A stretch of 64,000 nucleotides of DNA from Raja brachyura (taxonomy: Eukaryota). The stretch's first letter is position 1, and each line of letters begins with the position of its first letter. The stretch lies in assembly GCA_963514005.1 (NCBI GenBank), contig OY740802.1, forward strand, positions 12,090,001-12,154,000, written 5' to 3'. Positions 1 to 11,962 of the stretch are shown here, piece by piece. The position numbers and the translations under genes are program-made. The notes under the pieces were generated by a model. The model searched no databases and was not told where the DNA came from. It saw nothing but the letters and a program-made list of their open reading frames with translations.

Positions 1-968
1 TGTTTCAATTTAATCCATATATCTTTGGTAATCCAAAGGGCTCCAGCTTTGACTAGCCTTCCTTTCCTCTTTTGGGAATTTAAGAATATTTTTAAATCTG
101 TTATAGAAACAAAGATGCATGTACGGTGGAACTTCTTAAGCTTTTAGTGATTAAAATGCCAAATTTCAGAGACCGTTTTTAGTGAATCGGCAACCTTTTA
201 TACAGTACATACATGTCCACTGCATTCAGGATGCACAGTGGAAGCTTGAGGACTTTAGCAAAGGGACAAACATCTAATGCTTAACATTGCTTATTTTTAT
301 TGCTGTACAAAGAATATTAGTTCTGATATTTTCTTATTACTGTAAATATTATGGTTAATTTTAATAAGGTGCGTATGAGCTGAGAACTTTTAAATATTTT
401 CTTGTCTTAGATAACTGAAGATCCCTGGAATTGAGGTCTAAATGTAACTAAATGCATTTGTTGGGTCTGAAGTTGTTGATGCCGTCAACAAATAAACTGG
501 CTTTGATAAAATTATCATTATTTATGGGAGAAGATAAAGGAAATTAACATAGAGTTAAGCTAATATGATTTTTGGACAAGTTTACTTCCCCTTCATTAGG
601 TTAGGAAGCATATCAACTCAGTTTAAGTAACAGATCTTCCCCAACCAACAATGGGCCATTACGGGCTCCCCCCTTCCTAAAGTCCTCTTGTTGGCCCTGG
701 CTTGTTCTGGCCTTCTCTATATTCTGCAATTGTGGGACGCAACATAAACTGACACAAAAGCGAATGCCAGAAATACCCAGTCAACAGACAAGGTGGCATC
801 TATGAAGAGAGAGAATCTGAGTTAATTCTAATGGCAGATGAAGACACAAAGAGCTGCAGTAAGTCCGCGGATCAGGCAATATCTCTGGAGAACGTGGATA
901 CGTGACGCTTCGGGTCAGGACCCTTCTTTCGTTACTTAATGGACCCATAATGGAAAATACTTTACATC

Positions 969-1157
969 AGGGAAAGATGCAAAATGCTGGTGTAACTCAA
1001 TGGTTCAGGCAGCGTCCCTAGAGAACATGGATAGGTGACCTTTCTGGACCTAAAACATCACCTCTCCATAATCTCCCGGGATGCTGCCTTACCCATTGAG
1101 TTACCCCAGCATCTTGTGACTTTCCTTGGTAAACCAGCATCTGCAGTTCCTTGTTTC
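969..1157. mobile_element. Fold-back Penelope pLTR-derived mini-element with 13-bp TSD
   Basis: Inverted pair of the pLTR motif (GCTGG..AACTC..CAGGCAGC / GCTGCC..GAGTT..CCAGC) ending CCAGCATCTGCAGTTCC. Flanked by exact AATACTTTACATC at 956-968 and 1158-1170. Confidence 0.8.
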
Positions 1158-1199
1158 AATACTTTACATCTGAACTGGACAGTTAAGGTAGCTAAGGCA

Positions 1200-1610
1200 G
1201 AAGAGGTTATTTTATTGTCATGTGTACCGAGGTACAGTGAAAAGGTTTTGTTGTGTACTAATCAGTCAGCGGAAAGCCAATACATGATTACAATCGAGCC
1301 GTCCACAGTGTATAGATACAGTACATGATAAAGGGAATAATGTGAATGATGCTTGGTATAAGATAAGGTCCAGTAATGTCCGATTAAAGATAGTCCAATG
1401 AGGTAGATAGTAGCTTTCTGGGTGTTGGTAAGATGGTTCAGTTGCTTGATAACAGCTGGGAAGAAACTGTCCCTGAATCTGAAGGTGTGCGTTTTCATGT
1501 TTCTATACCTTTTGCCCAATGGGAGAGGGGAGGAGAGGGGGTGCATCTCGACCCTGGTTATGGTGGTGGCCTTGCCGAGGCAGCGTGAGGTGTAAATGGA
1601 GTCAATGGAG
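1200..1610 (-). mobile_element. Rex1/Babar LINE 3' fragment
   Basis: Minus-strand peptide HPLSSPLPLGKRYRNMKTHTFRFRDSFFPAVIKQLN resembles the Rex1 ORF C-terminus; 3' hairpin TGTACC-GA-GGTACA plus AATAAA. Confidence 0.75.
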
Positions 1611-2316
1611 GATGTGGTGCTGCCCTTCGTGTTTACATTGGGCCAAGTTGGAACAGCGTAGGTGATAAAAGTCAGAGAAATTAGATCGGCCAGAATATTG
1701 TCAGAGGCCAGAACTGACCTACAGTGATACTAATTGAAATGGAAAATAAGATGGAGAGTGAGGAAGGGTGGAAAGAATAAAGGGAATGTTTATGAACGTC
1801 CCAGATTTCCCAGGTGACACAAATGCTATTCATGCCAGTAAAGAGAGTGATGAAAGCCTGTTTAACACAATTGATCCAAAGGAGAATAAATAATTGCAAA
1901 ACCCCTACTCCATCTCACATCAGGGAGATGCTAAATAAAACGCAACTCAAATGCAATAGCAGCTGTGAGCAGGAACAGCAAAATGAGTCTAATTATTATT
2001 GTAAATTATTTTCCAATTAGATATGTTTTTTGCCTTTGTTCTTTCGAGGAAATTCTATTTTAAAGCAATATGAAGATTATAAAATGCATAGCCTAACTAA
2101 GAGACTAATTTCCTGTAATGCTTTAATACATTTGCATTACCATTAATGTTTAATGTAGGGATTTCTGATTTCTGATTTTGTGTTTCAAAGCCACAGGAAG
2201 GAAGGAATTGTAATTTCAAACCTTGTATATAATTTACATTGAAGCATATTATTTACGAGCACAATTTTGCATTTCCCATAAATATAATTTGTGTGGAATC
2301 TGACAGCTTACTAGTG

Positions 2317-4579
2317 TTCCATTAGTTTCAATACAATTATGGAGAGAGTCAGAACTGGACCTAGGGTTGAGATTTTTGATTGGAGAAAGGCTAACTTTGA
2401 GGGAATGCATAATGATTTAAAATGAGTGAATTGGGACATTTTGTTTGATGCGAAGGATGTGGAAGAGAAATGGAGGACATTTAAAGGGGAAATTGTAAGA
2501 GTACAGAATCTTTATGTCCCTGTTCGGTTAAAAGGAAATAGTAAAAATCGGAAAGAGCCATGGTTTTCAAGGGAAATTGGACACTTGGTTCGAAAAAAGA
2601 GAGATATCTACAATAATTATAGGAGACATGGAGTAAATGAGGTGCTAGATGAGTATAAAGAATGTAAAAATAATCTTAAGAAAGAAATAAGAAAAGCTAA
2701 AAGAAGATATGAGGTTGCTTTGGCAAGAAAGGTGAAAGTAAATCAAAAGGGTTTCTTCAGCTATATTAATAGCAAAAGGATAATGAGGGATAAAATTGGA
2801 CCATTAGAGAGCCAGAATGGACAGCTATCTGCAGAGCCAAAAGAGATGGGGGAGATATTGAACAATTTCTTTTCTTCAGTATTCACCGAGGAGAAGGATA
2901 TTGAACTCTGTGAGGTAAGGGAAAAAAGTAGAGTAGCTATGGAAACTATGAGATTAAAAGAGGAGGAAGTACTGACACTTTTGAAAAATATAAAAGTGGA
3001 TAAGTCTCCAGGTCCTGACAGGATATTCCCTAGGACATTGAGGGAAGTTAGTGTAGAAATAGCAGGGGCTATGACAGAAATATTTCAAATGTCATTAAAA
3101 ACGGGAATAGTGCCGGAGGATTGGCGTACTGCGCATGTTGTTCCATTGTTTAAAAAGGGTTCAAAGAATAAACCTAGCAATTATGGACCTGTTAGTTTGA
3201 CATCAGTGGTGGGAAAATTAATGGAAAGGATACTTAGAGATTATATATATAAGCATCTGGATAAACAGGGTCTGATCAAGAACAGTCAACAAGGATTTGT
3301 GCCTGGAAGGTCATGTTTGACAAACCTTCTTGAATTTTTTGAAGAGGTTACTAGGGAAATTGATGAGGGTAAAGCAGTGGATGTTGTCTATATGGATTTC
3401 AGTAAGGCCTTTGACAAGGTTCCTCATGGAAGGTTGGTTAAGAAGGTTCAATCTTTGGGTGTTAATGGCGGAGTAGCAAGATGGATTCAACAGCAGCTGA
3501 ATGGGAGATGCCAGAGAGTAATGGTGGATGGCTGTTTGTCAGGTTGGAAGCCGGTGACCAGTGGGGTGCCTCATGGATCTGTGTTGGGTCCACTGTTGTT
3601 TGTCATGTACATCAATGATCTAGATGATGGGGTGGAAAATTGGATAAGTAAGTATGCAGATGATACTAAGATAGGCGGTGCTGTGGATAATGAGGTAGAT
3701 TTTGAAAGTCTACAGAGAGATTTGGGCCATTTGGAAGAGTGGGCTGAAAGATGGCAGATGGAGTTTAATGCTGATAAATGTGAGGTGCTGCATCTTGGCA
3801 GGACAAATCAAAATAGGATGTACATGGTAAATGGTAGGGAATTGAGGAATGCTGTGGAACAGAGGGATCTAGGAATAACTGTGCATAGTTCCCTGAAGGT
3901 GGAATCGCATGTAGATAGGGTGGTAAAGAAAGCTTTTGGTGTGCTGGCCTTTATAAATCAGAGCATTGAACATTGAGGGAAGTAATGTTAAAATTATACA
4001 AGGCATTGGGGAGACCAATTCTAGAGTATGGTGTACAATTTTGGTCGCCTAATTATAGGAAGGATGTCAACAAAATAGAGAGAGTACAGAGGAGATTTAC
4101 TAGAATGTTGCCTGGGTTCCAGCAACTAAGTTACAGAGAAAGGTTGAACAAGTTGGGTCTTTATTCTTTGGAGCGCAGAAGGTTAAGGGGGGACTTGATT
4201 GAGGTCTTTAAAATGATGAAAGGGATAGACAGAGTTAACGTGGATAAGCTTTTCCCATTTGAGGGTAGGGAAGATTCAAACAAGAGGGCATGACATGAGA
4301 ATTAAGGGTCAGAAGTTTAGGGGTAACATGAGGGGGAACTTCTTTACTAAGAGAGTGGTGGCTGTGTGGAATGATCTTCCAGCAGAACTGGTGGAGGCAG
4401 GATCGATTGTAACATTTAAAAGTTAAGTGGATAGGTATATGGACAGGAAGGGAATGGAGGGGTATGGTCTGAGTGCAGGTAGATGGGACTAGGGGAAAAT
4501 AAATGGTCGGCATGGACTGGAAGGGCCGAGAAGGCCTGTTTCCATGCTGTAATTGTTATATGGTTATATGGTTATATGG
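2317..4579 (+). mobile_element. 5'-truncated CR1-clade LINE (HER1-like)
   Basis: RT ORF 2426-3976 (KSPGPD, PVSLTSVVGK, DFSKAFDKV, GVPHGSVLGP, YADD), continued after a frameshift in 3973-4293; (GTTATATG)n tail ending near 4579. Confidence 0.95.
2426..4293 (+). pseudogene. CR1 ORF2 reverse transcriptase, truncated and frameshifted
   Basis: 516-aa and 106-aa ORFs with RT motifs; upstream stop; lesions near 3975 and 4260; no endonuclease domain. Confidence 0.9.
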
Positions 4580-4817
4580 CTTTTTAGGTTTGATAATTTA
4601 TATAGTTTCTGAATTACATCTAATACAGTTAGTTAGTCCCTGAAAATTGTCCCTGCAATTCTACAATAAATAGCTGACTGTTGAGAATTTTGACGAGTTA
4701 ATACCTCAAATAGTCACACTTTTTCAATATGTATCAGTCTTTTTATATTTCTGATATATATGGCCTGAAAAATAAACAGAATGTTCTTGCTGTCCTCTTA
4801 ACAGAGCTGTTAAACCA

Positions 4818-5478
4818 TCTATATATTACTAAAACTCTCATCTTGTTTGGACGTTTGTCTCTCTGCATGCGTGAGAGACAAGAACTAGGGCAAAGTGGGA
4901 CACAATTGCCCAAAGAGTTACACCACCTTACTCACCATTGACCTGTGGTTGTTTGGATCCAGTTTTGTTCAGATTGACATTATATTTCACAAGTAATCAC
5001 TTTTTAAATTTACTAAATCCACTTTGATAATCACTTCAACACTTCAGTACTGGCAGTTGCAGCTATGACGTCACAATGGGATCTCACAGTCCTCCACCCA
5101 ACATTTGCAACAATGTTGCCATCATAGAACACTTAGTCGTGGTCTGGTCAGCAAGTGATTGAACAGGAGGGGGAGGGGCCAGGGGAAGTAGAATTGGAAT
5201 TGGAAATGCTAGGGAGGCAGGGGAAGTGCAATTGGAATTTTTTTTTGTCCAGTGCTGGGAGACGCAGGGGAGTAGTGGAATCTTAGGTTTGGGAACGTGT
5301 TGCATTGGGGGACAGGCCTCCCGTTGGGGCTATGAGTGAGTGGTGGAATATTACGTAGGGGGAATGGGTTACGTTGGGGGAACGGGTGAGTGGTGGAAAC
5401 GGGTTGTGTTGGGGGAACGGGTGAGTGGTGGATTATTGCGTTGGGGGAACGAGGCCCAACGGGTCCCACTTGCTGTAG
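4818..5478 (+). mobile_element. Probable non-autonomous Helitron
   Basis: Starts A|TCTATATATTACTAAAA. Ends with hairpin GGCCC-AAC-GGGTC about 10 nt before a degenerate CTAG (GTAG|T). Internal G-rich minisatellite (TTGGGGGAACGGGTGAGTGGTGGA). No TSD. Confidence 0.6.
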
Positions 5479-5716
5479 TTTATTTTAAATGAGTGGAACC
5501 CCTCGTCTCAGACAGTATAGAGAATAAGTTCAGACAAATGTTTTGAGCTTTATTATACTGGTATTCCTCAAAGTAACTTCTGGCTGACCTGTTTATTTTC
5601 ATGAAATGTGTTTCTCTGTACAAAATAAATAGTATGTTAGGTTAAATGTCAGACTCAGATCTAGATAAATCCTACTGTTCATGTGAGGGGAAAGAAGCAA
5701 TCAGTTGATTATGCCA

Positions 5717-6160
5717 TGTACCTTCTATATCTCCCGCTTCCTTCTCCCTTGACTCGGTCTGAAGAAGGTCCTAAACATCACCTATTTTTTTTTCTCCAGA
5801 GGTGGTGTCTGACCCGTTTAGTTACTTCAGCTTTTTGAGTCTTTCTTCGGTGTTAACCAGCACCTGCAGTTCCTTCCTGCACATTTTGCCTGCTCTACTG
5901 CAAAATCTCCTCAAGGTATGCCTACCTTGAAGAAATTCTCCTCCCTCCGATGAGAGTTCGGCAACACCCCTCGCTCTCTGCACCCCCTCTGTAATCTGTA
6001 CCTTCTATATCTCTCATCCCCTGACTCCCCTGACTCCTCTCATTCCCTGTCCCCTGACTCGCAGTCTGATGAAGGTTTCGACCCGAAACATCACCTATTC
6101 CTTTTCTCCGGAGATGCTGCCTGACCCACTGAGTTACTCCAGCATTTTGTGTCTGTCTTT
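5717..6160 (+). mobile_element. Internally deleted Penelope-like element with two direct pLTRs
   Basis: Two tandem units both start TGTACCTTCTATATCTC and contain CTGA(A/T)GA..AAACATCACCTATT. Degenerate TSD AGTTGATTATGCCA / AGTTCATTATAACA. Confidence 0.65.
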
Positions 6161-7140
6161 AGTTCATTATAACAATATGCTTTTCAACTGTCCTCCACAG
6201 ATACATTTGTACATGTACACTTTGCAAAGAGGAGGTGCGTGTAGACCTACACCTATATTCCAATCCTATGCACAATATTAATCATATTTTGGTGTGCACT
6301 AAACGTATTTTGAAGTCACTTTGTCTTTATCACTTTGTCTACATTTTAATTTAAAAAAATACCATTACTATCTCTAAAGATATATTGCCCAGCTAAATCA
6401 ACCATTTTCCCATTGTTGACATATTGAATTGTAAATCTTGATTCTTATAGCAACCAAATTCATGGAATAGGCTCTTACTAAGTTATATTATTTAGGATTC
6501 AAATATTCAAACATTGCATCAAGATTATTGATGATGCCTCTCTTATTCAGGAGATACATGTATCATGCAGTGTGATTCCGAGCCAGTGTGACTAGCAGAG
6601 ATTGCATTGAATGCCAACTTTACAAATCTGTGGTCAGACGTGCTGAAGACAAGGCTTGCCCAATAGAAGGGTCTCGACCCAAAACATCATATATTCCCGT
6701 TTCTCCAGAGATGCCACCCGAACCACTATTTTACTCCAGCCCTTTGCGTGCTTTTGTGTAAACTAGCACCTGCAGTTCCTAGTTTTTAAACCCTACATAT
6801 CTGCTTGGTTTGTGCTAAATTAGTTGAGCTCAATGAAGTGGGATTTGGTTGACCTCATCCATGTTGCAATCTATTGATCACAGCTGAAGAGTCTACATGT
6901 GTGATCCCAATAATATTGCCTCACAGATGATGCAGATAACTATCTGGATACAACAGCCACTTGTTTGCAAAGCCCAAGCCTTTTTATTCCGTGTGGCGTC
7001 TTCCGTTTGTGCTCGTCGAGTTGATTGCATTAGTTGAAACAGGGTGAAGGTTGAAAACCCAAGTTCAGCAGACATACGGAATTGTACCTAAGTGGAGTGA
7101 AAAGAAAAAGTGGGAACATTGTTTAGGACAATGTTAAATA

Positions 7141-7450
7141 CATAGTGTCATAGAGTCACAGAGTCATACAGTGTGGGAACAAGCCCTTCGGCCCAACTTG
7201 CCCATGCTGACCAATATACCCCATCGATTCTAGGCCCACCTGCCTGTGCTTTGCTCATATCCCTCTAAACCTATCCCATCCATTTACCTGTCCAAATATC
7301 CTTTAAACGTTGTGATAGCACTTTCCTCAACTACCTTCTTCAGCAGCTTACTCCATATACCTAACACCCTTTGTATAAAAATGTTGCTCCTCAGGTTCCT
7401 GTTAAATCTTTCCCCCATCACCTTAAACCTACGTCCTCTGGTTCTTGATG
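7141..7450 (-). mobile_element. CR1/HER1-type LINE 3' fragment
   Basis: Reverse complement of a CR1 3' end (GCCCTTCGGCCCAACTTG..., TCAACTACC...) with a short repeat tail. Confidence 0.7.
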
Positions 7451-8199
7451 CAATTTACTTCTCTGGATGTTTCACAATACTGTCTGCCTTTTAAAAAATA
7501 TCCTTGCTATAATATTGTGAGTGTGAGCAAATATTTGAACAAAGTTGCCAGAGTGTTACATTTTTAATGGATATGTATTTGGCTAAAGGAAACTTTGTTC
7601 CTGAAACTGTCAGTGAAAGCCTCCCTTGCTCAGTAAAATCATTTTGCTTTAAGATTACCAAATAATGAAATATATTCCAAAGTGGGTTTTTTAAAACTCT
7701 TTAATTAAGAATTCCCAAGTCTGTTTTTGTACAAAATAAGTGAAATATCACTTGAGTTTAATTCACATGTGTATTGTGTATTAGTTGTAAACCATCCCGC
7801 TGCTGTTGTTTACAGTTTAGCTCTGTGTTTGGAAATTCAAACTGAATGGAAGGCACATAAATCTAAAATTTGGCTTCATTGCAAACTCTAAGAAGCATGA
7901 CCCGCAAAAGGAAATAACCTCTTTCAAAGCAAGGGCATGGTGCCTTAAAATTGCATACAGACTAAAGACAGATTGTGTGCAGCACTTAACTCTTTTATTA
8001 CATCCACTTTCAATTCACTTCAGTTAAAGTAGGAAATGTTACTCTTACCTTGAAAATTGCCACTCTCTAATGGCACTGACTGGCTTGTACTGTTTTCTTT
8101 TAAATCCATGGATATAACGATGGATATAACAGCCGTGGATATAACAGTAAACTGGAATACATAGCCAGAAGGGATGGGGAGAAGGTGCAAGAGGGGTCC

Positions 8200-8965
8200 T
8201 TGTGGAAACAGGCCTTCAGCCCAACTTACCCACACGTGCTCCATCTACACTAGTCCCACCTGCCTGCATTTGGCCCATATTCCTCCAAACTGGCCCTATC
8301 TAAATGTTTCTTAAACATTACAATAGTCCCTGTTTCAACTACCTCCTCTGGCAGCTCGTTCCACACACCCACCATCCTTTGTGTGATAAAATCACCCCTG
8401 AGATTCCTATCTAATCTCCCCCCTTCACCTAAAAGCTATGTCCTCGGTTCCCCTACTCAGGGCAAGAAACTTTGTGCGTGTAACCGATCTATTCCGGTAT
8501 ATAGATACATGATAAGGGAATAACATTTAGTGCAAGGTAAAGCCTGCAAAGTTGGATCAAGGATAGTCCGAGGATCGCCAATGAGGTACATAGTCATTCA
8601 GCACTGCTCTCTGGTTGTGGTAGGATGATTCAGTTGCCTGATAACAGCTGGGAAGAAACTGTCCCTGAATCTGGAGGTGTGCATTTTCACACTTTTATAC
8701 CTTTTGCCTGATGTGAGAGGGGAGAACAGGAAATGGCCAGGGTGCAACTCATCCTTGATTATGCTGCTGGCCTTGCCGAGGCAGCATGAGGTATAAATGG
8801 AGTCAATAGAAGGGAGATAAACACAAAATGCTGGAGTAACTCAGTGGGACCGGCTGCATCTCTGGAGAGAAGGAATGGGTGAGGTTTTGGGTCGAGACAC
8901 TTCTTTGAACAAAAGGAAGGTTGGTTTGTGATGGTCCAGGCTGCGTCCACAATTCGCTGCAATTT
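8200..8965 (-). mobile_element. Nested CR1 3' fragment, Rex1 3' fragment and pLTR unit
   Basis: CR1 tail at about 8200-8495. Rex1 fragment at about 8500-8965, similar to 1310-1610, is interrupted by a pLTR copy at about 8816-8908. Confidence 0.7.
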
Positions 8966-9189
8966 CTTGTGTTAATGGCAATCTTAAAATACCCATTGTC
9001 ACTTTTAGAATGATCAGAAAGCTTTCTGATAATTTGATAAATTACATATGTCATTTTCATTTTTGGCTGTCTTGGGGGATGAAATAATCTGGAAAGGATA
9101 AGTAATTTATAACTTGTGCAACCAGCAAATTTCAGATCCATTTAGCTGAATGACCCTGAGCACTATTTTCATATTCATTTGTAGAGTTT

Positions 9190-9590
9190 AATTATTATTA
9201 TTTTTGTTTTTAAATAATATCTTTATAAGAAGCAGTGTACAGGAGTATAAACTGCGGCACATGACAAAATACATTTATGGAACATCTTCCATTTTAATTT
9301 TGACAGAAATGAAATAGAAAAAGAGAAAAAGAGCAAGAATGAGAGAGAGTGAAAGAGCTAATGAATGTGTAAACCCCTAAACTACCAAAGAGTGTAGTCG
9401 CAGAGTGACTGAGTAAAAACGTACAAAAAAATAAAAAAGACAAAAACGAAAAATAATAAAAATTAAAAAAAAAGACCAAAACATGTTGATATACCTTCTT
9501 AGTTTCTCACCACACCCATCACCCTGTCCGTAAATCGGTTTAATTCCGAAGTTGTGTTGCACCATACTATGCTTGTAAAGAATCTTCCAA
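9190..9590 (-). mobile_element. Possible L1 3' UTR fragment
   Basis: T-rich tail plus TTTATAAGAAG and ...TGCACC... organisation parallels the L1 3' end at 59432-59760. Confidence 0.4.
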
Positions 9591-10474
9591 TGCTTGATTC
9601 ACTACGAGTTCAATTATTATAACAGTAACATTCCTTGCTGTGCCAAGCAATTAAGGATCAATTTTCAAGATGTATATTGATTATTGATTAGCTTAATTTG
9701 ATTTGACATTTCCTAATTAGATTTGCATTATAATTATTTTCATCATAATTTGTTTCTTCTTGGCTTCTCTAGTTGTTATTCCCTATTCCCTTGCTGGAGG
9801 GAGAAAAGAATATTCTCCACTCAAAAATAATCTAAAGATAATATTACTCTGGTTTTAAGAACAGCCAGCAGGATTTTCCCTCCAAAGAGCTTTGTAACAT
9901 CTCAGCTGACTTAATTAACCTTCTTAGAGTCAGGCAGTTGATTTTGAATTACTGGACATTAAATTATGTTTTTTCAACGTGGGAGCCAAGTGTTCAATTC
10001 TTGAGCTATTGGATTGTGTGTGGTTTCCGAACTGTAAATAACTTGTCATCTTTACTTGATTCAGGGGTCAGACTGTTTCTGTATTTCCTGTTTTTGTGAT
10101 AACATAGACTATTCTTTGTTAAACCACAGTAGTGCAGAGTGTTCCTGTACCAATGGAAAAGAGCATATGTCCAGAATTGACCTCTCAGAAAATTCTCTTT
10201 TGCAGCAGGTGAAAGCTCAATGCAGAGGCTTGAGACATCCGCAGAAAAACACAGACTTCAAATCAGACTGTCCAGGTCATTCTACATCTGCGCTACAAAC
10301 CGCCAAAGAGCCTGGGATGAAATTAGTACATCCTGATCCGGTGAAGAATGGGTAGCCTAATGGAATGTAGAGATACAGTATGAAGTCACCGAAATTGGAG
10401 CGCTCCTGTATAGGAGCATGAAAGCAGTCTACCCCATGGTTATTGCTCCTGGGGCACATTATACATGGGTTCCA

Positions 10475-10779
10475 TTAGACTTCAGAGTCTTTAAAGATTC
10501 AGTGCAACAACAAGCCCTTCGGCCAACCGCGTCCGTGCTGACCAGCACCCACCCCGTACTCTAGCACTATCCTACACACTAGGGACACCTTTATGATTTG
10601 TTTCACCAAAGCCAATTAACTTAAAAACCTGTACATTTTTGGAGTGTGAGAGGAAACCGGAGCACCTGGGGAAAACCCACACGGTCACAGGGAGTACAGA
10701 CTGAACCCTTAGTCAGGATCAAACCCGGGTATCAGGAGCTGTAAGGCAGCAACTCTACTGCTGCGCCGCTGTGCCGCCC
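10475..10779 (-). mobile_element. tRNA-derived HE1/V-type SINE
   Basis: Reverse-complement A/B boxes, central domain and LINE-like tail. Confidence 0.9.
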
Positions 10780-11337
10780 ACTACAATTACAATCAATAGG
10801 AAACCATGCATGTATAATTTGAGTGTGAAATGCAATTTTTCTTCATGTGTGGTTCACAATCTTTATTGGCTCAAAGCTGTTCAGATTCTGACCGATTGCT
10901 GTAGTACTGGACACATTAATCCAGATTGTGCTGATTTTTAGCTGTTGATTCTGCAGGGAAACCCTGACGTTGTCAGCATGGACGAGTTGGGCCAAGGAGC
11001 CTGTTTACCCGACTGAGAGGAAAGCAAGCTTCCGCCATCCTGTCTGACAGTAAAACCTGGCATCGTGTGGAAACAGTCCACCATTGTGTGAGTACGAAAG
11101 TTCCTTTGACGTTAATGCTCTGACATGCATATTCATTTCAATCTGTCATCCACATCATCTCGGTTCAATCTTTTCAATGAACATGGATTGCTGAGGGAGG
11201 TCTTAGCACTTCACACTACAATGGTCTTTCTATATCCTTTATCTTTCGTTTATTTATTGTACATTTAGAAGAATATACATTGTGGAGGTCATTGTTTGGT
11301 TCAATCCGTATTAATGCCAGAGGCACCTTTGCATTCA

Positions 11338-11962
11338 TTAGACTTTAGATTTTAAAGATACAGTGTGGAAACAGGCCCTTCTGCCCACCAAGTCCTGATC
11401 CTCGATCCTGACCTTGGATGCTCTCTGTGTGGAGTTTGTCGTAAGGTCATAAGGAATAGGAGTAGAATTAGGCCATTTGGCCCATCATCTACTCCACCAT
11501 CCAATCATGGCTGATCTATCTCTCCCTCCGAACCGTATTCTCCTGCCTTCTCTCCATAACCTCTGACACCTGTACTAATCAAGAATCTCTCTATCTCTGC
11601 CTTAAATAATATCCATTGACTTGGCCTTCACAGCGTTCTTTGGCAAAGAACTCCATGATTCACCACCCTCTGACTGAATAAATTTCCTTCCCAAAAGAAT
11701 GTTCTTTAATTCTGACATTTACAAGTTCTCCCTGTGAACAAGTGGGTTTCTTCCAGGTGCTGTTTTTTTTCCCACATCCCAAAGATGCGCTGGTTTGTTT
11801 GTTAATTGCTATCTGTAAACGTTCCCACTGGTGTGTAGGGAGTGAATAAGAAAGTGGAATAACATAGAACTAGCCTGAACAGCTGGTCAGTGGTCAATGA
11901 AGGCTTGTTGGGCTGAAAGGCCAGCTTCCATTCTAAACTAAACTAAGCTAAAAACTAAACTA
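11338..11962. mobile_element. SINE interrupted by a minus-strand CR1 3' fragment (about 11440-11715)
   Basis: SINE body stops at GGAGTTTGT and resumes at ...GTTCTCCCTGTGA; (CTAAA)n tail. Confidence 0.7.

Noticed and set aside
8040-8150. Minus-strand ATG..CAAG|GTAAG first-exon candidate (MDLKENSTSQ)
   Set aside because: The ATG lies in a short GGATATAAC repeat beside a CR1 tail; no promoter features or recognisable homology.
10056-10355. 99-aa ORF in unique sequence
   Set aside because: Non-ATG start, no recognisable domain and no convincing splice sites.
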